From: Patescibacteria group bacterium
Lineage (GTDB): Bacteria > Patescibacteriota > JABMPQ01
Assembly: GCA_041749335.1 (NCBI GenBank)
Contig: JBGTBM010000007.1
Location: forward strand, 149,957-213,956
DNA: 64,000 nt
Direction of reading: 5' to 3'
Shown: in pieces, positions 33,019 to 42,447 of the stretch
How the letters are laid out: each line of letters opens with the position of its first letter
How positions within the stretch are numbered: position 1 is the first letter of the stretch
Program-made: the position numbers and the translations under genes
The notes under the pieces: generated by a model
Database searches by the model: none
What the model was told of the DNA's origin: nothing
What the model saw: the letters and a program-made list of their open reading frames with translations, nothing else

Positions 33019-34103
33019 AAAATTTATTAAAATGGATTATTACCGGTGGCTTTATATTTGTAGTGGGATTGGTCGGGCTAATCAAAATTATTGGTTCTGA
33101 TGATATCGACAGCGATGATGCCGGGATAAATAGTATAGAAAACAAGATAAACAGCATTGATTCAAGCTCGAGAGTACAGGATGTTGAATTTGAATTAGCG
33201 GCCGGAGGAGATGTAATGCTATCCCGCCATGTTGGAACAAAAATTCGAGAATCTGGAGATTATGCCATGCCCTTCAGAAAAATTACGGATATTTTTTCAC
33301 AAGCAGATATTGCGTTTGTAAATTTAGAAGCGCCATTCCATGATCAGGGTGATTATGTAACCGAGGGAATGGTTTTTAAAACCGAACCGGAATATGTAGA
33401 GGGATTAAATTTAGCCGGAATTGATATGGTGTCGCTGGCTAATAATCACATGCGAAATCGGGGGAGGTCGGGATTAATATATACGATGGATTATTTGGCG
33501 GGGAAGGGCATTGAATATTCCGGCGCCGGTAAAAATTTTTCAGAGGCGCACTCATTCAAAACCATTATAATTAAAGATTTAAAAATTGCCTTTTTGTCTT
33601 ATACCTATAGCGACGGCAATGATTTTACTTCCAGTGTCGGAGCGGAAGATCCGGATGTCGCCTTTATGGATGTTGCGCAAATGATTAAAGATGTGAAATG
33701 GGCCAAGGAAAATAATGATGTCGTAGTGGTTTCTATGCACGCCGGTATTGAATATAAGAGTTATCCTAATCAGCAGCAACAAGAATTTGCCAAGGCGGCG
33801 ATTGATAATGGAGCGGAATTAATATTAGGCCATCATCCTCACGTAGTGCAAACTACTGAAAAATATAACGATGGATATATAATATATAGTATGGGCAATT
33901 TGGTATTTGATCAGATGTGGTCAGAGGAAACTCGAGAAGGCGTAATTGCAAAGTGCAAATTCATAAATAAGGATATACGGGAAATAGAGTTTATTCCTAT
34001 TATAATAGAAAATTATAGCCAGCCGAGATTGGCGGTAAACGATGAATCTGCTAAAATACTAGATAGAATGGGATTGGAAAGTGAAAAAATAAAAATATTA
34101 TAA
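33015..34103 (+). CDS. CapA/PGA_cap-family metallophosphoesterase-like protein
   Basis: An N-terminal TM helix, 'GGDVMLSRHVG', 'ANNHMRNRGRSG' and 'HAGIEY' are CapA hallmarks. Confidence 0.7.
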   Translation: MKNLLKWIITGGFIFVVGLVGLIKIIGSDDIDSDDAGINSIENKINSIDSSSRVQDVEFELAAGGDVMLSRHVGTKIRESGDYAMPFRKITDIFSQADIAFVNLEAPFHDQGDYVTEGMVFKTEPEYVEGLNLAGIDMVSLANNHMRNRGRSGLIYTMDYLAGKGIEYSGAGKNFSEAHSFKTIIIKDLKIAFLSYTYSDGNDFTSSVGAEDPDVAFMDVAQMIKDVKWAKENNDVVVVSMHAGIEYKSYPNQQQQEFAKAAIDNGAELILGHHPHVVQTTEKYNDGYIIYSMGNLVFDQMWSEETREGVIAKCKFINKDIREIEFIPIIIENYSQPRLAVNDESAKILDRMGLESEKIKIL

Positions 34104-34106
34104 CTA

Positions 34107-34670
34107 ATGCAAGAAATATACGAAATAAGAATACATGCTCGGGCGGGGCAAGGATCCAAAACGATGGCCCAGCTTATAGCTGAAGTGGCAGCCGACAAGA
34201 ATTATTATATTCAAGCTTTTCCTTATTTTGGCCCAGTCCGCTCGGGAGCTCCTATGGACGCGTACGTTAGAGTTTCAAAGCAAAAAATAAATATTCATAC
34301 TCCGATTAAGGAGCCCGATTTATTGATTGTATTAGATGAAACACTTTTAATGATAGATAATATCTGCCTTATATTAAATAAAGATCAGTCTTTGTTAATA
34401 AATTCATCTAAATCAAAAGAGCAGATAATTGAAAAATATAAAATTAAATCTTCAGTCCATGTGGTTAATGCCAATAAAATTGCTCGAGATGTATTTAAAA
34501 AAATATTTACCAATACTGTAATGTTGGGGGCATACGCTAAGATTTCGAAATTAGTTTCATTGGAAGAAGCAAAAATGATCGTTAAGAAAAAATTTGAAAA
34601 AAAATATGGCAAGCAGATGACGCAGCTTAATTTACAGGCGATTGAGGAAGGTTATAATAAGGTATTATGA
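34107..34670 (+). CDS. porG: Pyruvate/2-oxoacid:ferredoxin oxidoreductase gamma subunit
   Basis: 'IRIHARAGQGSKTMAQLIAEVA', about 185 aa. Confidence 0.75.
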   Translation: MQEIYEIRIHARAGQGSKTMAQLIAEVAADKNYYIQAFPYFGPVRSGAPMDAYVRVSKQKINIHTPIKEPDLLIVLDETLLMIDNICLILNKDQSLLINSSKSKEQIIEKYKIKSSVHVVNANKIARDVFKKIFTNTVMLGAYAKISKLVSLEEAKMIVKKKFEKKYGKQMTQLNLQAIEEGYNKVL

Positions 34671-34945
34671 AAAATAAAAAGTGGCAGAAATTAAATATTG
34701 GAGCGAGAATTGATAAGCCGGGGTCATCGGCAAATTATCAAACTGGTTCTTGGCGAAACCAAATTCCGGTATACAATGAAAAGGATTGCGATCAATGCGG
34801 GGACTGCGTCGCTTTTTGTCCCGAAGACTGTATTATTGTAAAAAATAATAAAATTTCGCATATAGACTATAAATTTTGCAAAGGTTGTGGAATTTGCGCA
34901 CGGGAGTGTCCGAAGGGGATGTTTAAAATGAAGGAAATTAAATAA
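34667..34945 (+). CDS. porD: 2-oxoacid:ferredoxin oxidoreductase delta subunit (2x[4Fe-4S] ferredoxin)
   Basis: Two CxxCxxCxxxCP clusters ('CDQCGDCVAFCP', 'CKGCGICARECP'). Confidence 0.8.
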   Translation: MKNKKWQKLNIGARIDKPGSSANYQTGSWRNQIPVYNEKDCDQCGDCVAFCPEDCIIVKNNKISHIDYKFCKGCGICARECPKGMFKMKEIK

Positions 34946-34946
34946 T

Positions 34947-36122
34947 ATGAAAAAAAATTATCAGGAAAAAGTAATTTCCGGAGCGGAAGCGGTAGCAGAA
35001 GCCATGCGCCAGATAAATCCGGACGTGGTTGCGGCTTATCCAATTACGCCTCAAACCCATATTGTGGAAAAGTATTCGGAATATGTCGCTGATGGCATAG
35101 TAGATACCGAGTTTGTTTCGGTCGAATCGGAACATTCCGCTTTAAGCTGCGTGATTGGGGCGCAAGCGGCCGGAGCTCGCTCAATGACAGCGACATCATC
35201 TCAAGGCCTGGCATATATGTGGGAAGTTTTGGGAGTGGCTTCGGGAATGAGGCTACCAATATTAATGCCGGTGGTAAATCGCGCCTTATCTGCGCCGATT
35301 AATATCCACTGCGACCATTCTGATTCAATGGGAGCCTCTGATCAGGGCTGGATACAAATATTTTCTGAAAATAATCAGGAAGCATATGAAAATATGCTAC
35401 TTATGATGAAATTAATTGAAAGAGGAAATATTCATTTACCGGCCATGGTGCTTCAGGATGGTTATGTTACCAGCCATAACGCAGAGAGAGTAAGAATATA
35501 TAACGATAAATTAGTGAAAAAATTTATCGGAGAATATAATCCATATCAGCCGCTATTGGATTTTAGCCATCCGGTTAGCTATGGGCCGATAGTGCTGCCT
35601 GATTATCAAATGGAAATCAAAAGGCAGCAGGTTGAAGCGATGGATAATGTAATTAAAGAATATAAAAATATAGCCAATGAATTAAAAAAGATAACCAATC
35701 ATGATCATTCTTTATTTGAACAGTATAAGCTTAAAGACGCCAAGGCCGCCATTGTGGTCAGTTCGTCAACCGCCGGTTCGGTAAAATATGTGGTTGATAA
35801 ATTAAGGCAAAAAGGTAAAAGAGTGGGATTGTTAAAAATTAAATTATTCCGGCCATTTCCTTATGGGGAAATTTTTAAATCATTATTTGGCATTAAAAAT
35901 ATAGCAGTGCTTGATCGCAGCATAAATTATGGCAGCGATGCCGCAATTTTTGATGAGGTGCTGTCAACCTTTGCGAAAAATAATCAGACGATAAAAATTC
36001 AGAGTTGCATTTTTGGTTTGGGCGGCAGGGATATTGATTTGGAACAGATTGAAATGATATTTCAACAATTATTGGCGGGGGAAGTCAGCCAAAAAATAAA
36101 ATACATCGGATTAAATGAATAA
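34947..36122 (+). CDS. porA: 2-oxoacid:ferredoxin oxidoreductase alpha subunit
   Basis: 'ISGAEAVAEAMRQINPDVVAAYPITPQT' matches the POR domain I. Confidence 0.8.
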   Translation: MKKNYQEKVISGAEAVAEAMRQINPDVVAAYPITPQTHIVEKYSEYVADGIVDTEFVSVESEHSALSCVIGAQAAGARSMTATSSQGLAYMWEVLGVASGMRLPILMPVVNRALSAPINIHCDHSDSMGASDQGWIQIFSENNQEAYENMLLMMKLIERGNIHLPAMVLQDGYVTSHNAERVRIYNDKLVKKFIGEYNPYQPLLDFSHPVSYGPIVLPDYQMEIKRQQVEAMDNVIKEYKNIANELKKITNHDHSLFEQYKLKDAKAAIVVSSSTAGSVKYVVDKLRQKGKRVGLLKIKLFRPFPYGEIFKSLFGIKNIAVLDRSINYGSDAAIFDEVLSTFAKNNQTIKIQSCIFGLGGRDIDLEQIEMIFQQLLAGEVSQKIKYIGLNE

Positions 36123-36825
36123 AAATAAAAATTCTTATCCTAAAATAATTGCTCATCGGGGAGCATCTTTTTTTTCTAAGGAAAACACCTTAAAATCTTT
36201 TCAAAGAGCTATCGAACACGGGGCGGATAAGGTTGAGCTGGATGTACAAATGACTAAAGACAATAAGCTAATTATTTTACACGATGTTCATATTGATAGA
36301 ATATCCCAAGGAACAGGATTAACCAGAAATTTTACCTTGGAAGATATTAGAAAAATTGATATATTCGGCAAAGAAAAAATTCCTACTTTGGATGAAGCTC
36401 TGGAGTTATTGTTAGACAAGGTCGGTGTTGTCTTAGACCTGAAGCGGCCGGATGTAGTTCCGTATATTTTGAAATATTTAAAAAATTACAAATTAAAAAA
36501 AAGTTGCATCGTTTCCTCTTTTAACAAGGAGGTGGTAAAAAGCATTAAACATTTTGATCATGAAATTAAAGTTGGCTTGCTTTGTTGGCGGCCCAGTGGA
36601 AGATTAATCAAGTTTTGTAAAAATAATAATATAGATTTTATTCACCCCAATTATCTTTTCTTAAATAGAAGGTCATATCGAAAAATAAAAAAGTCTAAAC
36701 TGGGAATAAATGTTTGGACTGTCAATTATAAAAGAAATTTACGCAAATTATCAAAGATGCAAATTGATGGAATAATAACCGATCGACCCTTGAGAGTAAG
36801 GAGAATTTTAGATAATTTTTATTAA
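36115..36825 (+). CDS. Glycerophosphodiester phosphodiesterase
   Basis: 'IIAHRGAS' and '[17 protein letters not shown]' match GDPD catalytic His/Glu-Asp motifs. Confidence 0.8.
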   Translation: MNKNKNSYPKIIAHRGASFFSKENTLKSFQRAIEHGADKVELDVQMTKDNKLIILHDVHIDRISQGTGLTRNFTLEDIRKIDIFGKEKIPTLDEALELLLDKVGVVLDLKRPDVVPYILKYLKNYKLKKSCIVSSFNKEVVKSIKHFDHEIKVGLLCWRPSGRLIKFCKNNNIDFIHPNYLFLNRRSYRKIKKSKLGINVWTVNYKRNLRKLSKMQIDGIITDRPLRVRRILDNFY

Positions 36826-37272
36826 ATTTGCCATTTCAATCGCGGATAAAGCGGCCTCTCTGCCTTTATTGCCATGCTTTGTTCCCGCTCTTTCAATTGC
36901 TTGTTCAATATTTTCTGTTGTCAAGATGCCCATTGATATGGGCATATTATAATCTAGGCTAATTTTTGCAATTCCCTTGGTGGCTTCGCTGGCAATAAAA
37001 TTGAAGTGTGGCGTTGCTCCTTGAATAATGCAGCCTAAACATACAATCGCGTCATGATATCTTTTTTCCGCTAATTTTTTAGCAGCTAATGGAATTTCAA
37101 AACCTCCCGGTACCCAAACAACATTGATATCATCGGGATTAACTCCATGCCTAACCAAAGTATCAGTACAGCCTTCCAATAATTTATTGGTGATAAAATC
37201 ATTAAAACGTGATATTACAATTCCGATTTTTAGGTTATCAGCGACGAGTTTGCCTTGGGTATTGTTTATCAT
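36808..37272 (-). CDS. ribH: 6,7-dimethyl-8-ribityllumazine synthase
   Basis: '[20 protein letters not shown]' and 'VPGGFEIP' are RibH motifs. The 3' end overlaps the convergent GDPD by 18 nt. Confidence 0.85.
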   Translation of the reverse strand: MINNTQGKLVADNLKIGIVISRFNDFITNKLLEGCTDTLVRHGVNPDDINVVWVPGGFEIPLAAKKLAEKRYHDAIVCLGCIIQGATPHFNFIASEATKGIAKISLDYNMPISMGILTTENIEQAIERAGTKHGNKGREAALSAIEMANLIKII

Positions 37273-37286
37273 ATTATTTATGTTAT

Positions 37287-37925
37287 TTATATAAATCCAT
37301 TTTGGGCAAGTAATTTAAAATCAATTCCGGCGGAGCATTTATCTTTTAAAGCATTGTATGTATATTTTGCGATTAAATCAGTTTCAATATTTACCAAATT
37401 ACCAATAATCAGCTTGCCAAGGTTGGTATTTTCCAAGGTATGCGGGATTGCCGCGATCCGAATAACGTTTTTATTAATTTCAGCAATAGTTAAACTTACA
37501 CCATTGACCGCGATTGAGCCTTTAACTGATAAAAATTTCAGTAGATCTTGCGGTATATTAATATAAAAATTTTTAGATCCATTATTTTTCGCAATATTCC
37601 TGATTTTCCCGATTCCATCAATATGTCCTGTGACATAATGCCCCGAATTTTCTTCTCCAAATTTGGCGGCATTTTCTAAATTTACTCGATCGCTGCTCCT
37701 TAAAAATCTTATAGTGGTTTTATTTTGAGTTTCTTTAATGGCTTCAAAGGTAAAGATATTGTCTTCAATATTTATTATTGTTTGGCAAATGCCATTTATC
37801 GCTATGCTGCCGCCAATAGATAATTTATTTAAAATTTTATTAGTCCAAACATAAAAACGAATATTGCCGTTGATATTTGATGTCTTCTTTATTATTCCCA
37901 ATTCTTTAATAATTCCGCTGAACAT
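37287..37925 (-). CDS. ribE: Riboflavin synthase alpha chain
   Basis: '[13 protein letters not shown]' and the repeated lumazine-binding '[10 protein letters not shown]' half-site. Confidence 0.8.
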   Translation of the reverse strand: MFSGIIKELGIIKKTSNINGNIRFYVWTNKILNKLSIGGSIAINGICQTIINIEDNIFTFEAIKETQNKTTIRFLRSSDRVNLENAAKFGEENSGHYVTGHIDGIGKIRNIAKNNGSKNFYINIPQDLLKFLSVKGSIAVNGVSLTIAEINKNVIRIAAIPHTLENTNLGKLIIGNLVNIETDLIAKYTYNALKDKCSAGIDFKLLAQNGFI

Positions 37926-38298
37926 ATTTGCGTAATATATTTTTTGAATTAATGCAGTCTTTATTAATTTGAAGCTTTAGGTCGTTGATATTTTCAAATT
38001 TCATTATTTCTCTAATCTTTATAATAAATATTATTTGTATTTTTTTAATTGGCGGCAAAACATTTTTATCTAATAAGTGGGATTCAATCGTTTTTCGGTT
38101 ATTTTTAAAGGTAATGGCATTTCCCGCAAAGGTAGCTGCCGGATAGTAATTATTCTTAATTTTAATTAGCGATGCCCAAACTCCGGTACCTATATTTTTA
38201 TAATCAGAAGAATAATATCTGACATTTAAGGTAGGTAATTGCAATAATTTGCCTCTTTGGTAGCCATTAATAATATTTCTGTGTATTCTATAATGCAT
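37906..38298 (-). CDS. Monofunctional riboflavin kinase (RibF C-terminal-type domain only)
   Basis: 'GYQRGKLLQLPTLNV' (GxGxxLGFPTAN-like) and 'ESHLLD' motifs. At 130 aa there is no FAD-synthetase domain. Confidence 0.6.
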   Translation of the reverse strand: MHYRIHRNIINGYQRGKLLQLPTLNVRYYSSDYKNIGTGVWASLIKIKNNYYPAATFAGNAITFKNNRKTIESHLLDKNVLPPIKKIQIIFIIKIREIMKFENINDLKLQINKDCINSKNILRKYVQRNY

Positions 38299-38394
38299 AT
38301 TTAAATATTTATATCAGACAAAATATGCTCTGGCAAGCTAAATTAATATTGAATATCTCAAAAATTAATGGTATTTTGGGTTTATAAATAGTAT

Positions 38395-38468
38395 GCGCCC
38401 GTAGCTCAATTGGATAGAGCGCGTGGCTTCGGACCACGAGGTTGCAGGTTCGACTCCTGCCGGGCGCA
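38395..38468 (+). tRNA. tRNA-Arg (anticodon TCG)
   Basis: Manual cloverleaf: acceptor GCGCCCG/CGGGCGC, D-arm AGCTC..GAGCG, anticodon stem CGTGG/CCACG with loop CTTCGGA, T-arm GCAGG-TTCGACT-CCTGC. 74 nt, with CCA not encoded. Confidence 0.85.
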
Positions 38469-38515
38469 TTTCTGAGGTGTAGCTTAGTTAACTATATTTG
38501 CCCGCTGTCGCCTAT

Positions 38516-38587
38516 GGGCCATTAACTCAGTGGTAGAGTGTCTCCATGGCATGGAGGAAGTCATCGGTTCAAATCCGATATGGTCCA
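38516..38587 (+). tRNA. tRNA-Ala (anticodon GGC)
   Basis: Manual cloverleaf: acceptor GGGCCAT/ATGGTCC with the G3:U70 Ala identity pair, anticodon loop ATGGCAT, T-arm ATCGG-TTCAAAT-CCGAT. 72 nt. Confidence 0.8.
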
Positions 38588-38589
38588 TT

Positions 38590-38655
38590 GGCGATGGCAG
38601 GAGGGGCGTTTGCATGGCATACAAGAGTCCAAAGGTTCAAATTCCATCGTCTCCA
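38590..38655 (+). other. Degenerate tRNA-like 3' fragment (T-loop GGTTCAAAT + acceptor-3'-like + CCA)
   Basis: Contains 'GGTTCAAATTCC...CGTCTCCA' resembling the T-arm and 3' end of the preceding tRNA-Ala. No consistent D or anticodon arm could be folded. Confidence 0.3.
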
Positions 38656-38760
38656 AAAGAAATAATAATTATACTTTAGATTTAATAAGATAAATTTTAT
38701 CAAGAATAGGTAATTACTACCTATAATTCAAATATAGGCCATACATTCTCATCGCACTAA

Positions 38761-39396
38761 ATGTTAAAAAAAAATAAAAAGTATCCAACCTTTGAAGAAG
38801 AATTAAAAATTTGGGGTAAGGGCTATAAATATATTGCCGGTATGGATGAAGTGGGGTGTGGTTGCTGGGCTGGTCCGGTGGTATCAGCCGCTGTTATTTT
38901 AGCGCCGGAATTTAATGATCCGGGCGTGATGGATTCCAAAATGCTAACCGGTTTAAAAAGAGAACGCTATTATGATATAATTATCAAAGAAGCTTTAGAT
39001 TATGCTATCGGGGAAGCATCGGAAAATGAAATAGATCATTTTGGCCTTGGTAAAGCAAAAGTTATGGCGATGCAAAGGGCTTTGAGTAAATTAAATTTGA
39101 GGCCCGACTATGTTTTAATCGACGGAAATAATTTGAGCTTAAGGGAATATCCATACCATACAATCGTGAGGGGCGATCAAAAAGTTAAATCTATCGCTTG
39201 TGCGTCTATTATTGCTAAAGTATATCGAGATCATAAAATCATTAAGCTGGCGGAAAAATATCCGGGGTACGGATTTTTAAGCAATAAAGGGTATGGCACA
39301 AAAGAACATATAGATGGTTTGGCAAGGAGAGGAATATGCGCCATTCATCGCCAATCTTATCAGCCGATAAAAAAAATATTAAATAAAAATAAGTAA
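38761..39396 (+). CDS. rnhB: Ribonuclease HII
   Basis: 'GMDEVGCGCWAGPVVSAAV' (DEVGRG-type active site) and 'IIAK' motifs. Confidence 0.85.
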   Translation: MLKKNKKYPTFEEELKIWGKGYKYIAGMDEVGCGCWAGPVVSAAVILAPEFNDPGVMDSKMLTGLKRERYYDIIIKEALDYAIGEASENEIDHFGLGKAKVMAMQRALSKLNLRPDYVLIDGNNLSLREYPYHTIVRGDQKVKSIACASIIAKVYRDHKIIKLAEKYPGYGFLSNKGYGTKEHIDGLARRGICAIHRQSYQPIKKILNKNK

Positions 39397-39401
39397 AATT
39401 T

Positions 39402-39953
39402 ATGGGGTTTGACAATCAATTAAAACAAAAAGTATTTAATCCGAAGGAAGTAATTAAGCAGCTGAATCTTGAACAGGCTATGATAGTCGCCGATCTGGGT
39501 TGTGGCACCGGATTTTTGGCTTTTGAAGCAGCTAAGCAGGTTGGGATAGACGGCATAGTTTATGCGGTTGATATTCAGGATCATATTATTTCGGTTATTG
39601 AGAGCGGAAAAAAGCTATATGGGTTAAGGAATATAAGGACGATTAAGGCTAATCTGGAAATTCCAGGTAATACGGGAATTGAAGATGAATCAGCGGACTT
39701 TGTATTTTTGGCCACGATTTTATATCAAGTGGAAAAAAAGGAAAACGTGGTTGTTGAAGCAAAAAGAATTGTAAAGCCGGAGGGGAAAATATTAATATTT
39801 GATTGGCGCAAACAAGATGTATCTTTTGGGCCGGAAATTCAGAGGAGAATTGGACAAGATGATGCCAAAAAATTAGCAGCAAAAGCAAAATTAAAATATG
39901 TTGGTGAAATTGATGCCGGTAATTTTCATTACGGTTTGATATTTCAAAAATAA
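39402..39953 (+). CDS. Class I SAM-dependent methyltransferase
   Basis: Motif I 'VADLGCGTGFLA', followed by an acidic motif II 'AVDIQ'. Confidence 0.65.
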   Translation: MGFDNQLKQKVFNPKEVIKQLNLEQAMIVADLGCGTGFLAFEAAKQVGIDGIVYAVDIQDHIISVIESGKKLYGLRNIRTIKANLEIPGNTGIEDESADFVFLATILYQVEKKENVVVEAKRIVKPEGKILIFDWRKQDVSFGPEIQRRIGQDDAKKLAAKAKLKYVGEIDAGNFHYGLIFQK

Positions 39954-39960
39954 ATAAATT

Positions 39961-41337
39961 ATGACCATGGGAAAAATCAATAAGGAAATTTTTAAGGCTT
40001 ATGATATCAGAGGAATATATCCTGACGATTTAAATGAGGAATTAATTTATAAAATCGGTAGAGCGTACGCTGATATAATTAAAGAAGAGTTAAACAAAGA
40101 AAATATTATTTTTGTAGTGGGCAGGGATATGCGAGTATCTTCACCGCAATTGACTAAAGAGTTAATGAGGGGAATTACTGCCCAGGGCGTTAATATTATT
40201 GATATCGGACTGGCTTCCACTCCTACTTTTTATTATGGCGTATCGATATTAGGGGCGGATGGTGGTATGCAAGTTTCTGCTTCTCACAATCCCAAAGAGT
40301 ATAACGGCGTAAAGATTGTAAAAGCAAAAGCTTTCCCGGTCGGTTTTGAAACAGGCATAGAAGAAATTATGAAAAGAGTGATCGCTAATAATTTTCAAGT
40401 AGCCGAAAAACAGGGAGAAATAACAAAAAATAATGAAATTTTGGATCAGCATATTGATTATGCATTTTCCGCAGTAGATACTGGTGCAATAAAACCATTG
40501 AAAGTGGTAGCAGATGCGGCGAATTCCATGGGTGCTCCTTATCTTGAGAAAATTTTTGCCAAGCTGTCGGGAGAATTAATAAAAATGAATTTTGATCTGG
40601 ATGGGACATTCCCGGCGCATGAAGCAGACCCTTATAAAGAAGAAAATATCGCCGCCTTAAAAGAAAGAGTGGTGGCGGAAAAGGCGGATTTGGGAATCGC
40701 GACAGATGGAGACGGCGATCGCATCTTTTTTATAGATGACCAAGGAGAACTGGTTGATCCCGCTATCATTCGAGGCTTGCTATCAAAAATAGTATTAAAA
40801 GAATATCCCGGCGCGACCATCTGCTATGATATTCGTCCCGGCAGAATTACCAGGGATATGATTGTAGAAAATGGCGGCAAACCTTGTGTGACCAAGGTTG
40901 GACATTCATTAATAAAAGCCCAGGGAATAGCTGAAGGCGCTAAGTTTGCCGGTGAAAGTTCCGGACATTTCTTTTTTGATACCAAGTATGGATTTTTTGA
41001 GACACCCGACATTGTAACTTTAAAAATTTTGGTTGAGATTTCACAAGCGGATCAAAAATTTTCTGAAATAGTAAAGCCGCTTAAGCGTTATTATCATTCC
41101 GGTGAAATAAATTCAGAAGTAGAAGACAAAGAAGGCGTTATGAATAAATTACAAGATATTTATCAGGATGCAAAAAATATCAGTTTATTGGATGGCGTTA
41201 CTATAGAATATGACGACTTTTGGTTTAATGTGCGGCCGTCTAATACCGAACCAAAATTACGTTTAAATTTAGAAGCGGTAAGTAGGGAGATTATGGAAGA
41301 AAAAAGAGAAGAAGTATTAAAAGTTATTCGGGGATAA
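39961..41337 (+). CDS. Phosphomannomutase/phosphoglucomutase (alpha-D-phosphohexomutase)
   Basis: Active-site 'SASHNP', metal loop 'DGDGDR', and sugar-binding 'GESSGH'. Confidence 0.85.
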   Translation: MTMGKINKEIFKAYDIRGIYPDDLNEELIYKIGRAYADIIKEELNKENIIFVVGRDMRVSSPQLTKELMRGITAQGVNIIDIGLASTPTFYYGVSILGADGGMQVSASHNPKEYNGVKIVKAKAFPVGFETGIEEIMKRVIANNFQVAEKQGEITKNNEILDQHIDYAFSAVDTGAIKPLKVVADAANSMGAPYLEKIFAKLSGELIKMNFDLDGTFPAHEADPYKEENIAALKERVVAEKADLGIATDGDGDRIFFIDDQGELVDPAIIRGLLSKIVLKEYPGATICYDIRPGRITRDMIVENGGKPCVTKVGHSLIKAQGIAEGAKFAGESSGHFFFDTKYGFFETPDIVTLKILVEISQADQKFSEIVKPLKRYYHSGEINSEVEDKEGVMNKLQDIYQDAKNISLLDGVTIEYDDFWFNVRPSNTEPKLRLNLEAVSREIMEEKREEVLKVIRG

Positions 41338-41352
41338 TTACAAAAATTAAAA

Positions 41353-41376
41353 AAGAGCTCTATAAGCTCTTTTTTG
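41353..41376 (+). terminator. Rho-independent terminator after the PMM/PGM gene
   Basis: A 7 bp stem AAGAGCT/AGCTCTT with loop CTATA, followed by a T6 run. Confidence 0.6.
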
Positions 41377-41394
41377 ATAGTGAATAATTAGTCT

Positions 41395-41423
41395 TGAAAA
41401 ATACCAAAAATTATGGTAAAATT
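41395..41423 (+). promoter_or_regulatory. Sigma70-like promoter (-35 TTGAAA, 17 nt spacer, TGgTAAAAT extended -10)
   Basis: Near-consensus hexamers about 28 nt upstream of the 41451 start. The leader 'CAAAAATAAAAATAAAAAATGAA' is shared with the 47384 paralog. Confidence 0.5.
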
Positions 41424-41450
41424 AAGTTGATACAAAAATAAAAATAAAAA

Positions 41451-42446
41451 ATGAAATTATCTATAAAATACGTATTAGGCGCTGTTATCGCGCTTTTTAT
41501 TATTTCTTTTTTGGGAATAAATCCTATTTTTGCTCTTGAAGTGAGCCCTATTCAGCCCGCCGAGACAATAAGTTATCAGGAGCCCGTAGGCGTTAATAGT
41601 TCGCTAAGTGCTACTTTACCGAGCTATTTTTTCCAGGGTATGCACGTAGGAACGCTTGATGGCAGCGGGGGAGTGTTATTTGCCAATGGCACTATTATTA
41701 ATGTAACGCGGACAAAAAAAGATAATAAACCTATCCCAATTACTATGGGAGATGATTTAAGAATAGATGGTGAAATTTGGCGGGGACCAAAAAAGGGAAC
41801 AGAGGATGGAATGCCTTTGAAAATATCCGATACTATGGTTCCTACTATAAATGATATCAACGATCTGGGTGATTCAACAAGAAAATGGAAAGATCTATAT
41901 TTATCAGGAACGATATTTGGTAATAATGCAATATTTAGTGGAGATATTGATTTTTCTGATGCCAATATAGGCGGTTTAAGTATATCAAATGCAGATACTT
42001 TAGATGGAATTGACTCTACCGGCTTTGCGCTTAATCCGCACGATCATGACAGCAGATATTTACAGTTAACCGGAGGAACTTTAACCGGACTAACTTCTGT
42101 GGATGCAACTTTAAGGGTTAAAAGCGGTGGTTATACATTGGGAGGCGTTTCTATTACTACAGACGGAGATATTATGGCTGCTGGAAATCTAACATTAGAT
42201 GAGAATATAAATGCGAATTCTTTAAATTTAACGGGAAATGTTGATAGTAAGGGAGGAGCAATATTAGGTACTGGACCAAATAATGTATTAATTACTGGAA
42301 GTGGCAATGCTTATTTTAATGGTAAAATAATTATTCCTAATGGACCTGCGATCCCCGTAGGGAGTTGCATTATTGGGGAAATATATTTAGAAACAACCAC
42401 TCCGCAAATTTATGGATGTGCTGCTTCAATATGGCAAGCCCTGTAG
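41451..42446 (+). CDS. Secreted hypothetical protein, paralog family A (copy 1)
   Basis: A signal peptide, then a conserved block shared with 47384..48457: 'FNGTI.NV', 'GDD.RIDG.IW.GP.KG', 'DLG.S...W..LYL.G..GNN'. The C-terminus has two Cys. Confidence 0.6.
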   Translation: MKLSIKYVLGAVIALFIISFLGINPIFALEVSPIQPAETISYQEPVGVNSSLSATLPSYFFQGMHVGTLDGSGGVLFANGTIINVTRTKKDNKPIPITMGDDLRIDGEIWRGPKKGTEDGMPLKISDTMVPTINDINDLGDSTRKWKDLYLSGTIFGNNAIFSGDIDFSDANIGGLSISNADTLDGIDSTGFALNPHDHDSRYLQLTGGTLTGLTSVDATLRVKSGGYTLGGVSITTDGDIMAAGNLTLDENINANSLNLTGNVDSKGGAILGTGPNNVLITGSGNAYFNGKIIIPNGPAIPVGSCIIGEIYLETTTPQIYGCAASIWQAL

Positions 42447-42447
42447 G

